The notes under the pieces were generated by a model. The model worked only from the letters and a program-made list of their open reading frames with translations, was not told the DNA's origin and ran no database searches. A stretch of 64,000 bases of DNA from contig NC_045697.1 in the NCBI RefSeq assembly GCF_009834535.1, positions 120,840,001-120,904,000 on the forward strand, in the 5' to 3' direction. This document shows positions 27,701-41,100 of this stretch, in pieces (the stretch's first letter is position 1; every line of letters starts with the position of its first letter). This DNA is from Camelus ferus. Lineage: Eukaryota. A program made the position numbers and the translations under genes.

Positions 27701-30700
27701 GTAAATTACATGTCTATAGGTTAGAACACGCTGCAGGAGAAATTTCCTGCAAAATCAGCTTCATTTTCGAAACTGGTGTTATGAAACTGCTGTGAAATAT
27801 GAGTAAATGATTTTAGGTGTCAATATGTCCTGTATGGTTTATTAAAGTTCGGTAATACACAAGCTCACAACTCAGCAATTAATGTTTGTCGAATCCGTGA
27901 TGCATGTAGCGTGTTTGGAACACGGAATGTTACAGTGAGTTAAAGTGTACCATATATGTCTATTGTGTAGAAATCACTCCAAGGGTATTTTTCTGTGCAT
28001 TCAGCCTCATTTTCAAAACTGTCCATGGGAAAAATCTTTGAAATCAGAGTAAATATTTCTAGGTGAAAATATGCCTTGTATGGTGATTGAAAGACCATTT
28101 ATCCACATGCTCATATCTCCGTAATGAATGCATGTCGAATTTGTAATGCATGTAGAATGTTCGGAACACATAATGTCACGGTGTGGGAAACTAAGTAAAT
28201 TATATATCTTTTAGATAGATCTTGCTACAAGAGTATTTTTCTGTGCATTCTGCCTCATTTATGAAACTGTCCTTAGGAAAAATTTGAGAAATCAGAGTAA
28301 ATGTTTCAAGGTGTAAATATTCATTTTATAGTGGATGAAAGATCGTTAATCCACATGCTGATAACCCAGTAAATAATGTTTGTCGAAACTTTGGTGCATG
28401 TAGCGTGTTGTGATCACGGAATGACATGGTGAGAAAAACTTTGTAAATTACATGTGTATTTGGTAGAACTTGCACAAAATATTTTTTCTGCACATGCTGC
28501 CTGATTTTCGAAACTAGCCTTAAGAAAAAGCTGCAAAATCAGAGTAAATGATTCTGGGTGTAAATATGCCTTCTTTGGTGGATGATAGTTCTCTAATCCA
28601 CATGATCACAAATCTGTAAATAATGTTTGTCGAATCCGTGATGCACGTATCATATTCAGAACACGGAATATCATGGTGAAAGAAACTTTGTAAACTACAA
28701 ATTTATTGGGTAGAACTCACTCCAAAAGTAATTTTCTGTGAAATCTGCCTCATTTTCAAAACTGGCATAAGGAAAAGAGTTCGAAATCTGTGAAAAATTT
28801 TCTAAGTGCAATATGATTTAATGGTGGATGAAAGTTCAGTAATCCACATGCTAACAAATCTGTAGTGAATTTTTGTCGATTCTGTGATGCATGCAGCTTT
28901 CACGGAACACGGAATTTCACGGTGAGCGAATCTAATTAAATAACATATCTATTGTGTAGAACTCACTCCCAGAGCATTTTTCTGCAAAAACGACCTCACT
29001 TTCAAAACTGGCATTTGGAAAACACTGCGAACTCAGAGTAATGGTTTCTAGGTGTAAATATGCCTTTTATGGTGGATGAAACTTTGGTAATCCTCATGTT
29101 CACAACTCCTTAAAGAATATTTTTCGAATCAGGGATGCATGTTGCGTGTTCAGAACATGGAATGTCACGGTGAGGAAAACAAGGTAAATTACATTTCTAT
29201 TGGGTAGAACTCGCTCCAAGAGCATTTTTCTGTGATATCTGCCTCATTTTCTAAACTGGCATTAGGAAAAATACTCGAAATATGAGAAAATTATTCTATG
29301 TGTCAATATGCGTTTTATGGTGGATGAAATATCGGTAAACAACATGCTAACAACTCTGTTGTGAATATTAGACGAATCTGTGATGCATGAAGCTTATTTG
29401 AATCACGGAAATTCACGGTGATCTAGTCTATGTAAATTACATGTGTCTAGGTTAGAACACACTGCAGGAGAATTTTCCTGCAAAATCAGCTTCATTTTCG
29501 AAACTGGTGTTATGAAACTGCTGTGAAACCTGAGTAAATGTTTTTAGGGGTCAATATCTCCTGTATGGTATATTAAAGTTCGGTAACACACAAGCTCACA
29601 ACTCAGCAATTAATGTTTGTCGAATCCGTGATGTATGTAAGCGTGTTCGGAACATGGAATGTTACAGTGAGTGAAAGTGTACCATATAGGTCTATTGTGT
29701 ACAAATCAATCCAAGGGTATTTTTCAGCGCATTCTGCCTCATTTTCAAAACTGTCCATGGGAAAAATCTTTGAAATCAGAATAAATATGTCTAGGTGTAA
29801 ATATGCCTTGTATGGTGATTGAAAGATCGTTAATCCACATGCTCACATCTCCGTAATGAATGTTTGTCGAATTGGTAATGCATGTAGAGTGTTCGGAACA
29901 CATAATGTCATGGTGAGGGGAACTAAGTAAATTATATATCTTTTAGATAGAATTGCTACAAGAGGATTTTTCTGTGCATTCTGCCTCATTTACGAAACTG
30001 GCCTTAGGAAAAATTTGAGAAATCAGAGTAAGTGTTTCAAGGTGTAAATATTCCTTTTATAGTGGATGAAAGATCGTTAATCCACATGCTGATAACCCAG
30101 TAAATAATGATTGTCGAATCTGTGGTGCATGTAGCGTGTTCAGAATAGGGAAATTTACGGTGAACGAATCTATGTAAATTACATGTGTACTTTCAATAAC
30201 TGGCCCTAGAGGATTATTCTGTGCATTTTGCCTCATTTTCAAAACTGGATTAGGTAAATCCTTTGAAATCAATATAATTGTTTCTAGGTGTAAATATGCA
30301 TGGGTGGTGGATGAAAGTTCGGTAATCCACATGCTACAACTCAGTAATGAATGTTTGTCGAATCGGTGATGTATGTATCGTGTTCGGAACATGGAATGTC
30401 ACGGTGATTGAAAGTGTACCGTACATGTGTATTGGGTAAAACACGCTCTGACAGAATTTTTCTGCGCATTCTGCCTCATTTTCAAACTGGCAATTGGAAA
30501 AAGCTGTGAAATCAGAGTAAATACTTCTAGGTGTAAATATGCCTTGTATGGTGATAGAAAGATCGTTAATCCACATGCTCACAACTCAGAAAGGAATATT
30601 TGTCTAATTCGTAATGCATGTAGTGTGTTTAGAATCATGGATTGTCATGATGAGGGAAACAATGTTCTTTATATATCTTTTTGGTAGAACTCACACCAAG

Positions 30701-33700
30701 AGAATTTCTCTGTGCATTCAACCTCATTTTGGTAACTGGCCTAAGGAAAAAGATGAGAAATCAGAGTAAATGCTTCTAGGTGTTTATATGCCTTGTATGG
30801 TGGATGAAAGATCGTTTGTCCACATGCTAATAACTCAGTAATGAGTATTTGTCGAATCCATGATGAATGTAGTGGGTTCGGAACACGGAATGTCACGGTG
30901 AGGAAATCTAATTAAATTACATGTCTATTTTGTAGAACTCGATCCAAGACTATTTTTCTGTGCATTCTGCCACAATTACGAACCTGGCTACACGAAAACC
31001 TGCGAAATCACCGTAAATGTGTCTAGGTGTAAATATGCCTTGTTTGGTTGATGAAAGTCCTGTAATCCACATGATCACAACTCTGTAATGAAAGTTGGTC
31101 TACTCCATCATGCATGTAGCATGTTCAGAACATGGAATGTCATGGTGAGTGAAAGTGTACCGTACATGTCTATTGGATAGAACCCGCTCCAAGGGTATTT
31201 TTCTGGGCATTCTGCCTCATTTTGGAAACTGGCCTTACGAAAAATATGAGAAATCAGACTAAATGATTCTAGGTGAATATATGCCTCGTATTGTGGATGA
31301 AAGATCTTTAATCCACATGTTCACAACTTATTAAAGAATATTTGTCGAATCCATGATCCATGTAGAGTGTTTGAATCACAGAATATCACGGTGATAGAAA
31401 CTTTGTAAATTACATGCGTATTGGGTAGAACTCGCTCCAAAAGCATTTTTCTTCGAAACCTGACTCATTTTCAAAACTGGCATTAGGAAAATACTACGAA
31501 ATTTGGGAAAATGCTTCTACGTGTCAATATGACTTGTATGGTGGATGAAAGTTCAGTAATCCACATGCTAACAAATCTGTAGTGAATTTTGTTGAATCCA
31601 TGATGTATGCAGCTTTCTAGGAACACTGAATTTCACGGTGAGCGAATCTATGTAAATTACATGTCTTTTGTGTAGAAGTTGCTCCAAGGGAATTTTTCTG
31701 TGAAAAACTGCCTCAGTTTCGAAACTGCAGTTATGAAAAAGCTTTGAACAGAAAGTAATTTTTTGTAGGTGTAAATATGCCTTGTATGGTGATTGAAAGT
31801 TTGGTAATCCTCATGCTCACAACTCCTTAAAGAATATTTGTCAAAACATTGATGCATGTAGCGTGTTAACAACATGGAAAGTTATACTGAGGGAAACAGT
31901 GTAAAATTACATGTCTATTGGGTAGACCTCGCTCCAAGAGGAGTTTTCTGTGAAAACTGCATGATTTTAGACACGGACATTACGAGAAATCTACTAAATC
32001 AGAATAAATATTTCTAGGTGTAAATATGCCTTGTATGGTGGGTGAAAGATCAGTAATCCACATGCTAACAAATCTGTATTGAATTTCTGTCTACTCCAAG
32101 ATGCATGTAGTGTGCTCAGATCAGGGAATGTTACGGTGAGTGAATCTATGTAAATTACATGTCTTTTGTGTAGAAGTTGCTCCAAGGGAATTTTTCTGTG
32201 AAAACAGCCTCATTTTCGAAACTGCAGTTAGGAAAAAATCTTTGAACAGAAAGTAATTTTTTATAGGTGTAAATATGCCTTTTATGGAGATTGAAAGTTT
32301 GGTAATCCTCATGCTAACAACTCCTTAAAGAATATTTGTCAAACATGGATCAATATACCGTGTTCAGAAGATGGAACGTTATAGTGAGGGAAACAGTGTA
32401 AATTACATTTCTATTTTGTAGACCTCGCTCCAAGAGGAGTTTTCTGTGAAAACTGCATTATTTTAGAGGCTGACATTACGAGAAATCTACTAAATCAGAA
32501 TAAAAATATATAGGAATATATATGCCTTGTATGGTGGATGAAAGTTCGGAAATACACATGTTCACATCTCATTAAAGAATGTTGTCAAATCCGTAATGCA
32601 TGTAGAGTGTTTGGAACACAGAATGTCACGGTGAGGGAAACTATATAAATTATATATCTTTTAGATAGAACTTGCTACAAGAGGATTTTTCTGTGCATTC
32701 TGCCTCATTTACGAAACTGGGCCTTAGGAAAAATTTGAGAAATCAGATTAAATATTTCAAGGTGTAAATATTCCTTTTATAGTGGATGAAAGATCGTTAA
32801 TCCACATGCTGATAATCCAGTAAATAATGATTGTCGAATCTGTGGTGCATGTAGCGTGTTCAGAATAGGGAAAGTTACGGTGAACGAATCTATGTAAATT
32901 ACATGTGTACTTTCAATAACTGGCCCTAGAGGATTATTCTGCGCATTCTGCCTCATTTTCAAAACTGGATTATGTAAAACCTGTGAAATCAATGTAATTG
33001 TTTCTAGGTGTAAATATGCATGGGTGGTGGATGAAAGTTCGGTAATCCACATGCTACAACTCAGTAATGAATGTTTGTCGAATCGGTGACGTATGTATCG
33101 TTTTCGGAACATGGAATGTCACGGTGATTGAAAGTGTACCGTACATGTGTATTGGGTAAAACACGCTCCGACCGAATTTTTCTGCGCATTCTGCCTCATT
33201 TTCAAACTGGCAATTGGAAAAAAGCTGTGAAATCAGAGTAAATATTTCTAGGTGTAAATATGCCTTGTATGGTGATAGAAAGATTGTTAATCCACATGCT
33301 CACAACTCAGAAAGGAATATTTGTCTAATTCGTAATGCATGTAATGTGTTCAAAAGATGGATAGACATCATGATGGAAACAATATACTTTAAATATCTTT
33401 TTGTAGAACTCACACCAAGAGCATTTCTCTGTGCATTCAACCTAATTTTGGTAACTGGCCTTAGGAAAAAGATGAGAAATCAGAGTAAATGCTTCTAGGT
33501 GTTTATATGCCTTGTATGGTGGATGAAAGATCGTTTGTCCACATGCTAATAACCCAGTAATGAGTATTTGTCGAATCCATGATGAATGTATAGGGTTTGG
33601 AACACGGAATGTCACGGTGAGGAAATCTCATTAAATTAAATGTCTATTTTGTAGAACTTGATCCAAGACTATTTTTCTGTGCATTCTGCCACGATTACGA

Positions 33701-36700
33701 AACTGGCTACAGGAAAACCTGCGAAATCACCGTAAATTTGTCTAGGTGTAAATATGCCTTGTTCGGTTGATGAAAGTTCTGTAATCCACATGATCACAAC
33801 TCTGTAATGAATGTTGGTCTACTCCATCGTGCATGTAGCGTGTTCAGAACATGGAATGTCATGGTGAGTGAAAGTGTACCGTACATGTCTATTGGATAGA
33901 ACTCGCTCCAAGGGTATTTTTCTGGGCATTCTGCCTCATTTTGGAAACTGGCCTTACGAAAAATATGAGAAATCAGACTAAATGATTCTAGGTGTATATA
34001 TGCCTCGTATTGCGGATGAAAGATCTTTAAGCCACATGTTCAGAACTCATTAAAGAATGTTTGTGGAATCCATGATCCATGTAGGGTGTTTGGATCACAG
34101 AATATCACGGTGATAGAAACTTTGTAAATTACATGCGTATTGGGTAGAACTCGCTCCAAAAGCATTTACCTTCGAAACCTGACTCATTTTCATAACTGGC
34201 ATTAGGAAAATACTACGAAATTTGGGAAAATGCTTCTACGTGTCAATATGACTTGTATGGTGGATGAAAGTTCAGTAATCCACATGCTAACAAATCTGTA
34301 GTGAATTTTTGTTGAATCCATGATGTATGCAGCTTTCTAGGAACACTGAATTTCACGGTGAGCGAATCTATGTAAATTACATGTCTTTTGTGTAGAAGTT
34401 GCTCCAAGGGAATTTTTCTGTGAAAACTGCCTCAGTTTCGAAACTGCAGTTATGAAAAAGCTTTGAACAGAAAGTAATTTTTTATAGGTGTAAATATGCC
34501 TTGTATGGTGATTGAAAGTTTGGTAATCCTCATGCTCACAACTCCTTAAAGAATATTTGTCAAAACATTGATGCATGTAGCGTGTTAACAACATGGAAAG
34601 TTATACTTAGGGAAACAGTGTAAATTACATGTCTATTTGGTAGACCTCGCTCCAAGAGGAGTTTTCTGTGAAAACTGCATGATTTTAGACACGGACATTA
34701 CGAGAAATCTACTAAATCAGAATAAATAGTTCAAGGTGTAAATGTGCCTTGTTTGGTGGATGAAAGTTCGGTAATACACATGTTCACATCTCATTAAAGA
34801 ATGTTTGTCGAATTCGTGATGCATGTAGCGTGTTTGGAACACTTAATGTCACGGTGAGGAAAACAAGGTAAATTACATTTCTATTGGGTAGAACTCGCTC
34901 CAAGAGCATTTTTCTGTGATATCTGCCTCATTTTCTAAACTGGCTTTAGGAAAAATACTCGAAATATGAGAAAATGATTCTATGTGTCAATAGCGTTTTA
35001 TGGTGGATGAAATATCTGTAAACAACATGCTAACAACTCTGTTGTGAATATTAGACGAATCTGTGATGCATGTAGCTTATTTGAAACACAGAAATTCACG
35101 GTGATCTAGTCTATGTAAATTACATTTCTATAGGTTAGAACACGCTGCAGGAGAATATTCCTGCAAAATCAGCTTCATTTTCGAAACTGGTGTTATGAAA
35201 CTGCTGTGAAACCTGAGTAAATGATTTTAGGTGTCAATATGTCCTGTATGGTTTATTAAAGTTCGGTAACACACAAGCTCACAACTCAGCAATTAATGTT
35301 TGTCGAATCCGTGATGTATGTAGCGTGTTCGGAACATGGAATGTTACAGTGAGTGAAAGTGTACCATATAGGTCTATTGTGTAGAAATCACTCCAAGGGT
35401 ATTTTTCTGCGCATTCAGCCTCATTTTCAAAACTGTGCATGGGAAAAATCTTTGAAATCAGAGTAAATATGTCTAGGTGTAAATATGCCTTGTATGGTGA
35501 TTGAAAGATCGTTAATCCACGTGCTCACATCTCCGTAATGAATGTTTGTCGAATTCATAATGCATGTAGAGTGTTCGGAACACGGAATGTTACGGTGAGT
35601 GGAACTAAGTAAATTATGTACCTTTTTAGTAGAACTCACACCAAGAAGTTTTCTGTGCATTCTGCCTCATTTTGGAAACAGGCCTTACAAAAAATATGAG
35701 AAATCAGACTAAATGATTCTAGGTGTATATATGCCTCGTATTGTGGATTAAAGATCTTTAATCCACATGTTCACAAGTCATTAAAGAATGTTTGTCGAAA
35801 CCTGATCCATGTAGAGTGTTCGGATCACAGAAATTCACGGTGATATTAACTTTGTAAATTACATGTTTATTGGGTAGAACTCGCTCCAAAGCATTTTTCC
35901 TCGAAACCTGACTCATTTTAAAAAATGGCATTACGGAAACACTACGAAATTTGGGAAAATGCTTCTACGTGTCAATATGACTTGTATGGTGGATGAAAGT
36001 TCATTAATCCACATGCTAACAAATTTGTAGTGAATTTTTGTTGAATCCATGATGTATGCAGCTTTCTAGGAACACTGAATTTCACAGTGAGCGAATCTAT
36101 GTAAATTACATGTCTTTTGTGTATAAGTTGCTCCAAGGGAATTTTTCTGTGAAAACTGCCTCATTTTCGAAACTGCAGTTAGGAAAATCTTTGAACAGAA
36201 TGTAATTTTTTATAGGTGTAAATATGCCTTGTATGGTGATTGAAAGTTTGGTAATTCTCATGCTCACTACTCCTTAAAGAATATTTGTAAAAACATTGAT
36301 GCATGTAGCGTGTTCAGAACATGGAATGTTATAGTGAGGGAAACAGTGTAAAGTACATGTCTATTAGTTAGACCTCGCTCCAAGAGTAGTTTTCTCTAAA
36401 ACTGCATGATTTTAGAGGCTAACATTACGAGAAATCTACTAAATCAGAATAAATATTTCTAGGTTTAAATATGCCTTTTTTGGTGAATGAAAGTTCGGTA
36501 ATATACATGTTCACATCTCATTAAAGAATGTTTGTCGAATCCGTGATGCATGTAGCGTGTTTGGAACACGGAACGTTACAGTGAGTTAAAGTGTACCGTA
36601 TATGTCTATTGTGTAGAAATCACTCCAAGGGTATTTTTCTGCGCATTCAGCCTCATTTTCAAAACTGTCCATGGGAAAAATCTTTCAAATCACAGTAAAT

Positions 36701-38056
36701 ATTTCTAGGTGAAAATATGCCTTGTATGGTGATTGAAAGACCATTTATCCACATGCTCATATCTCCGTAATGAATGCATGTCGAATTTGTAATGCATGTA
36801 GTGTGTTCGGAACACATAATGTCACGGTGAGGGAAATTAAGTAAATTATATATCTTTTAGATAGAACTTGCTACCAGAGGATTTTTCTGTGCATTCTGCC
36901 TCATTTATGAAACTGTCCTTAGGAAAAATTTGAGAAATCAGAGTAAATGTTTCAAGGTGTAAATATTCCTTCTATAGTGGATGAAAGATCGTTAATCCAC
37001 ATGCTGATAACCCAGTAAATAATGTTTGTCAAAACTTTGGTGCATGTAGCGTGTTGTGATCACGGAATGACATGGTGAGAAAAACTTTGTAAATTACATG
37101 TGTATTTGGTAGGACTTGCACAAAATATTTTTTCTGCACATGCTGCCTGATTTTCGAAACTAGCCTTAAGAAAAAGCTGCAAAATCAGAGTAAATGATTC
37201 TGGGTGTAAATATGCCTTCTTTGGTGGATGATAGTTCTCTAATCCACATGATCACAAATCTGTAAATAATGTTTGTCGAATCCGTGATGCACGTATCATA
37301 TTCAGAACACGGAATATCATGGTGAAAGAAACTTTGTAAACTACAAATTTATTGGGTAGAACTCACTCCAAAAGTAATTTTCTGTGAAATCTGCCTCATT
37401 TTCAAAACTGGCATAAGGAAAAGGGTTTGAAATCTGTGAAAAATTTTCTAAGTGCAATATGATTTAATGGTGGATGAAAGTTCAGTAATCCACATGCTAA
37501 CAAATCTGTAGTGAATTTTTGTCGATTCTGTGATGCATGCAGCTTTCACGGAACACGGAATTTCAAGGTGAGCGAATCTAATTAAATAACATATCTATTG
37601 TGTAGAAGTCACTCCACAGAGCATTTTTCTGCAAAACGAACCTCACTTTCAAACTGGCATTTGGAAACACAGCGAACTCAGAGTAATGGTTTCTAGGTGT
37701 AAATATGCCTTTTATGTGGATGAAATTTTGGTAATCCTCATGTTCAAACTCCTTAAAGAATATTTTCGAATCAGGGATGCATGTTGCGTGTTCAGAACAT
37801 GGAATGTCACGGTGAGGAAAACAAGGTAAATTACATTTCTATTGGTTAGAACTCGCTCCAAGAGCATTTTTCTGTGATATCTGCCTCATTTCTAAACTGG
37901 CATTAGGAAAAATACTCGAAATTGAGAAAATGATTCTATGTGTCAATATGCAGTTTATGGTGGATGAAATATCGGTAAACAACATGCTAACAAACTCTGT
38001 TGTGAATATTAGACGAATCTGTGATGCATGAAGCTTATTTGAATCACGGAAATTCA
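12748..38056 (+). repeat. Sat-A satellite, HOR family 2 with variable unit length (26, 21, 20, 11 monomers), ~102 monomers
   Basis: Same ~247-bp consensus as contig 1 but different monomer variants. Marker monomer a (GTACTTTCAATAACTGGCCCTAGAGG) has anchors at ~13521, 19943, 25123, 30065 and 32785, with spacings 6422, 5180, 4942 and 2720 bp. The repeated 111-aa pseudo-ORF at 13513/19935/25115/30057/32777 shows the same spacings. Confidence 0.95.
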
Positions 38057-38156
38057 NNNNNNNNNNNNNNNNNNNNNNNNNNNNNNNNNNNNNNNNNNNN
38101 NNNNNNNNNNNNNNNNNNNNNNNNNNNNNNNNNNNNNNNNNNNNNNNNNNNNNNNN
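38057..38156. other. Assembly gap (100 N)
   Basis: Exactly 100 N; satellite orientation flips across it. Confidence 0.99.
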
Positions 38157-41100
38157 CATATTTACATCTACAAATATTTTCTGTGATTTCACGGTTTTTC
38201 CAAAGACCAGGTTCGAAAATGAGGCAGAATGCCCAGAGAAATACTCTTTGAGCGAGATCTACCCAATAGACCTGTACGGTACACTTTCACTCACCGTGAC
38301 ATTCCATGTTCCGAGCACGCTACATGCTATACGGGTTCGACAAACATTAATTACACAGTTGTGATCATGTTGATTACAGAACTTTCATCCACCAAACTAG
38401 GCATATTTACACCTAGAAAGTTTTACTCTTATTTCACAGGTTTTTCCTAAGGCCAGGTATGAAAATGATGCAGAATGCACAGAAAAATCCTCTTTGAGCG
38501 AGTTCTACCAATTAGACATGTAATTTACATAGATTCGCTCACCGTAACATTCCCTGATCTGAGCACACTACATGCATCTTGGAGTAGACCAACATTCATT
38601 ACAGAGTTATGATCATGCGGGTTACAGAACTTTCATCCACCAAACAAGGCATATTTAAACCTAGAAACATTTATGTTGATTTCGCAGGTTTTCTTTAAGC
38701 CTGTTTAGAAAATGGGGAAGAATGCGCAGAAAAATACTCTTGGAGCGAGTTCTACCCAAGAAATATGTAATTTACATAGTTTCACACATTGTGATGTTCC
38801 GTGTTTCAAATACGCTACATGCATCTCGGATTCGACAATCATTCATTACTGAGTTGTAGCATGTGGTTTACAGAACTTTCATCCACCATACAAGCCATAT
38901 GATCATCAAGAAAAATTTACTCTGATTTCAAAACTCTTACCTAAGTTTAGATTCGAAAATGAGGCAGAATGCTCTGAAAAATCCTCTTAGAGCATGTTCT
39001 ACACAATAGACATTTAATTTACGAAGTTTCACTCGCCGTGACATTCCATGTTCTGAACACGCTACATGCAACCCGGATTCGAAAAACATTCATTACAGAG
39101 TTGTGATCATGTGCATTACAGAACTTTCATCCACCATACAAGGCATATTTACACCTAGAAACTTTTACAGTGATTTCACAGGTTTTCCTAAAGCCAGTTT
39201 TGAAATTGAGGCAGGATGTGCAGAAAAATTCTATTGGAGTGAGTTCTACAAAATACACATGTAATTTACATTCTTTCCCACACTGTGACATTCTGTGATT
39301 CGAATACGCTACATGCTTCACGGATTCGACGAACATTCATTACTAAGTTAAGTGCATATGGTTTAACGATTTTTCAACCACCATACAAGGCATATTTAAA
39401 GCTAGAAACATTTACAATTTTTTCACAGCTTTCTCCTAAGGACAGTTTCGAAAATGAGGCAGGATGTCCATAAAAATACCCTTGGAGCGAGTTCTGTCCA
39501 GTAGACATGTACGGTACACTTTCACTCACCATGAAATTCCATGTTTTGAACACGGTACATGCATCATGGAGTAGACCAACTTTCATTACAGAGTTGTGAT
39601 CATGTGGATTACAGAACTTTCATCAACCAAAGAAGGCATATTTACACATAGACACATTTACGGTGATTTCGCAGGTTTTCGTGTAGCCAGGTTCGTAATT
39701 GTGGCAGAATGCACAGAAAAATAGTCTTGGATCGAGTTCTACAAAATAGACATGTAATTTAATTAGATTTCCTCACCGTGACATTCCGTGTTCCGAACCC
39801 ACTACATTCATCATGGATTCGACAAATACTCATTACTGAGTTATTAGCATGTGGACAAACGATCTTTCATCCACCATACAAGGCATATAAACACCTAGAA
39901 GCATTTACTCTGATTTCTCAACTTTTTCCTTAGGCCAGTTACCAAAATGAGGTTGAATGCACAGAGAAATTCTCTTGGTGTGAGTTCTACCAAAAAGATA
40001 TTATAAAGTACATAGTTTACCTCATCATGATCTAATCCATGATTCTAAACACACTACATGCATTACGAATTAGACAAATATTCCTTTCTGAGTTGTGAGC
40101 ATGTGGATTAACGATCTTTCTATCACCATACAAGGCATATTTACACCTAGAAGTATTTACTCTGATTTCACAGCTTTTTCCAATTGCCAGTTTGAAAATG
40201 AGGCAGAATGCGCAGAAAAATTCTGTCAGAGCGTGTTTTACCCAATACACATGTACGGTACACTTTCAATCACCGTGACATTCCATGTTCCGAACACGAT
40301 ACATACATCACCGATTCGACAAACATTCATTACTGAGTTGTAGCATGTGGATTACCGAACTTTCATCCACCACCCATGCATATTTACACCTAGAAACAAT
40401 TATATTGATTTCAAAGGATTTACCTAATCCAGTTTTGAAAATGAGGCAAAATGCGCAGAATAATCCTCTAGGGCCAGTTATTGAAAGTACACATGTAATT
40501 TACATAGATTCGTTCACCGTAAATTTCCCTATTCTGAACACGCTACATGCACCACAGATTCGACAATCATTATTTACTGGGTTATCAGCATGTGGATTAA
40601 CGATCTTTCATCCACTATAAAAGGAATATTTACACCTTGAAACACTTACTCTGATTTCTCAAATTTTTCCTAAGGCCAGTTTCGTAAATGAGGCAGAATG
40701 CACAGAAAAATCCTCTTGTAGCAATTCTATCTAAAAGATATATAATTTACATTAGTTCCCCTCACCATGACATTATGTGTTCCGAACACTCTACATGCAT
40801 TACCAATTCGACAAACATTCATTACGGAGATGTGAGCATGTGGATTAACGATCTTTCAATCACCATACAAGGCATATTTACACCTAGATATATTTATTCT
40901 GATTTCAAAGATTTTTCCCATGGACAGTTTTGAAAATGAGGCAGAATGCGCTGAAAAATACCCTTGGATTGATTTGTACACAATAGACCTATATGGTACA
41001 CTTTCACTCACTGTAACATTCCATGTTCCGAACACGCTACATACATCACGGATTCGACAAACATTAATTGCTGAGTTGTGAGCTTGTGTGTTACCGAACT

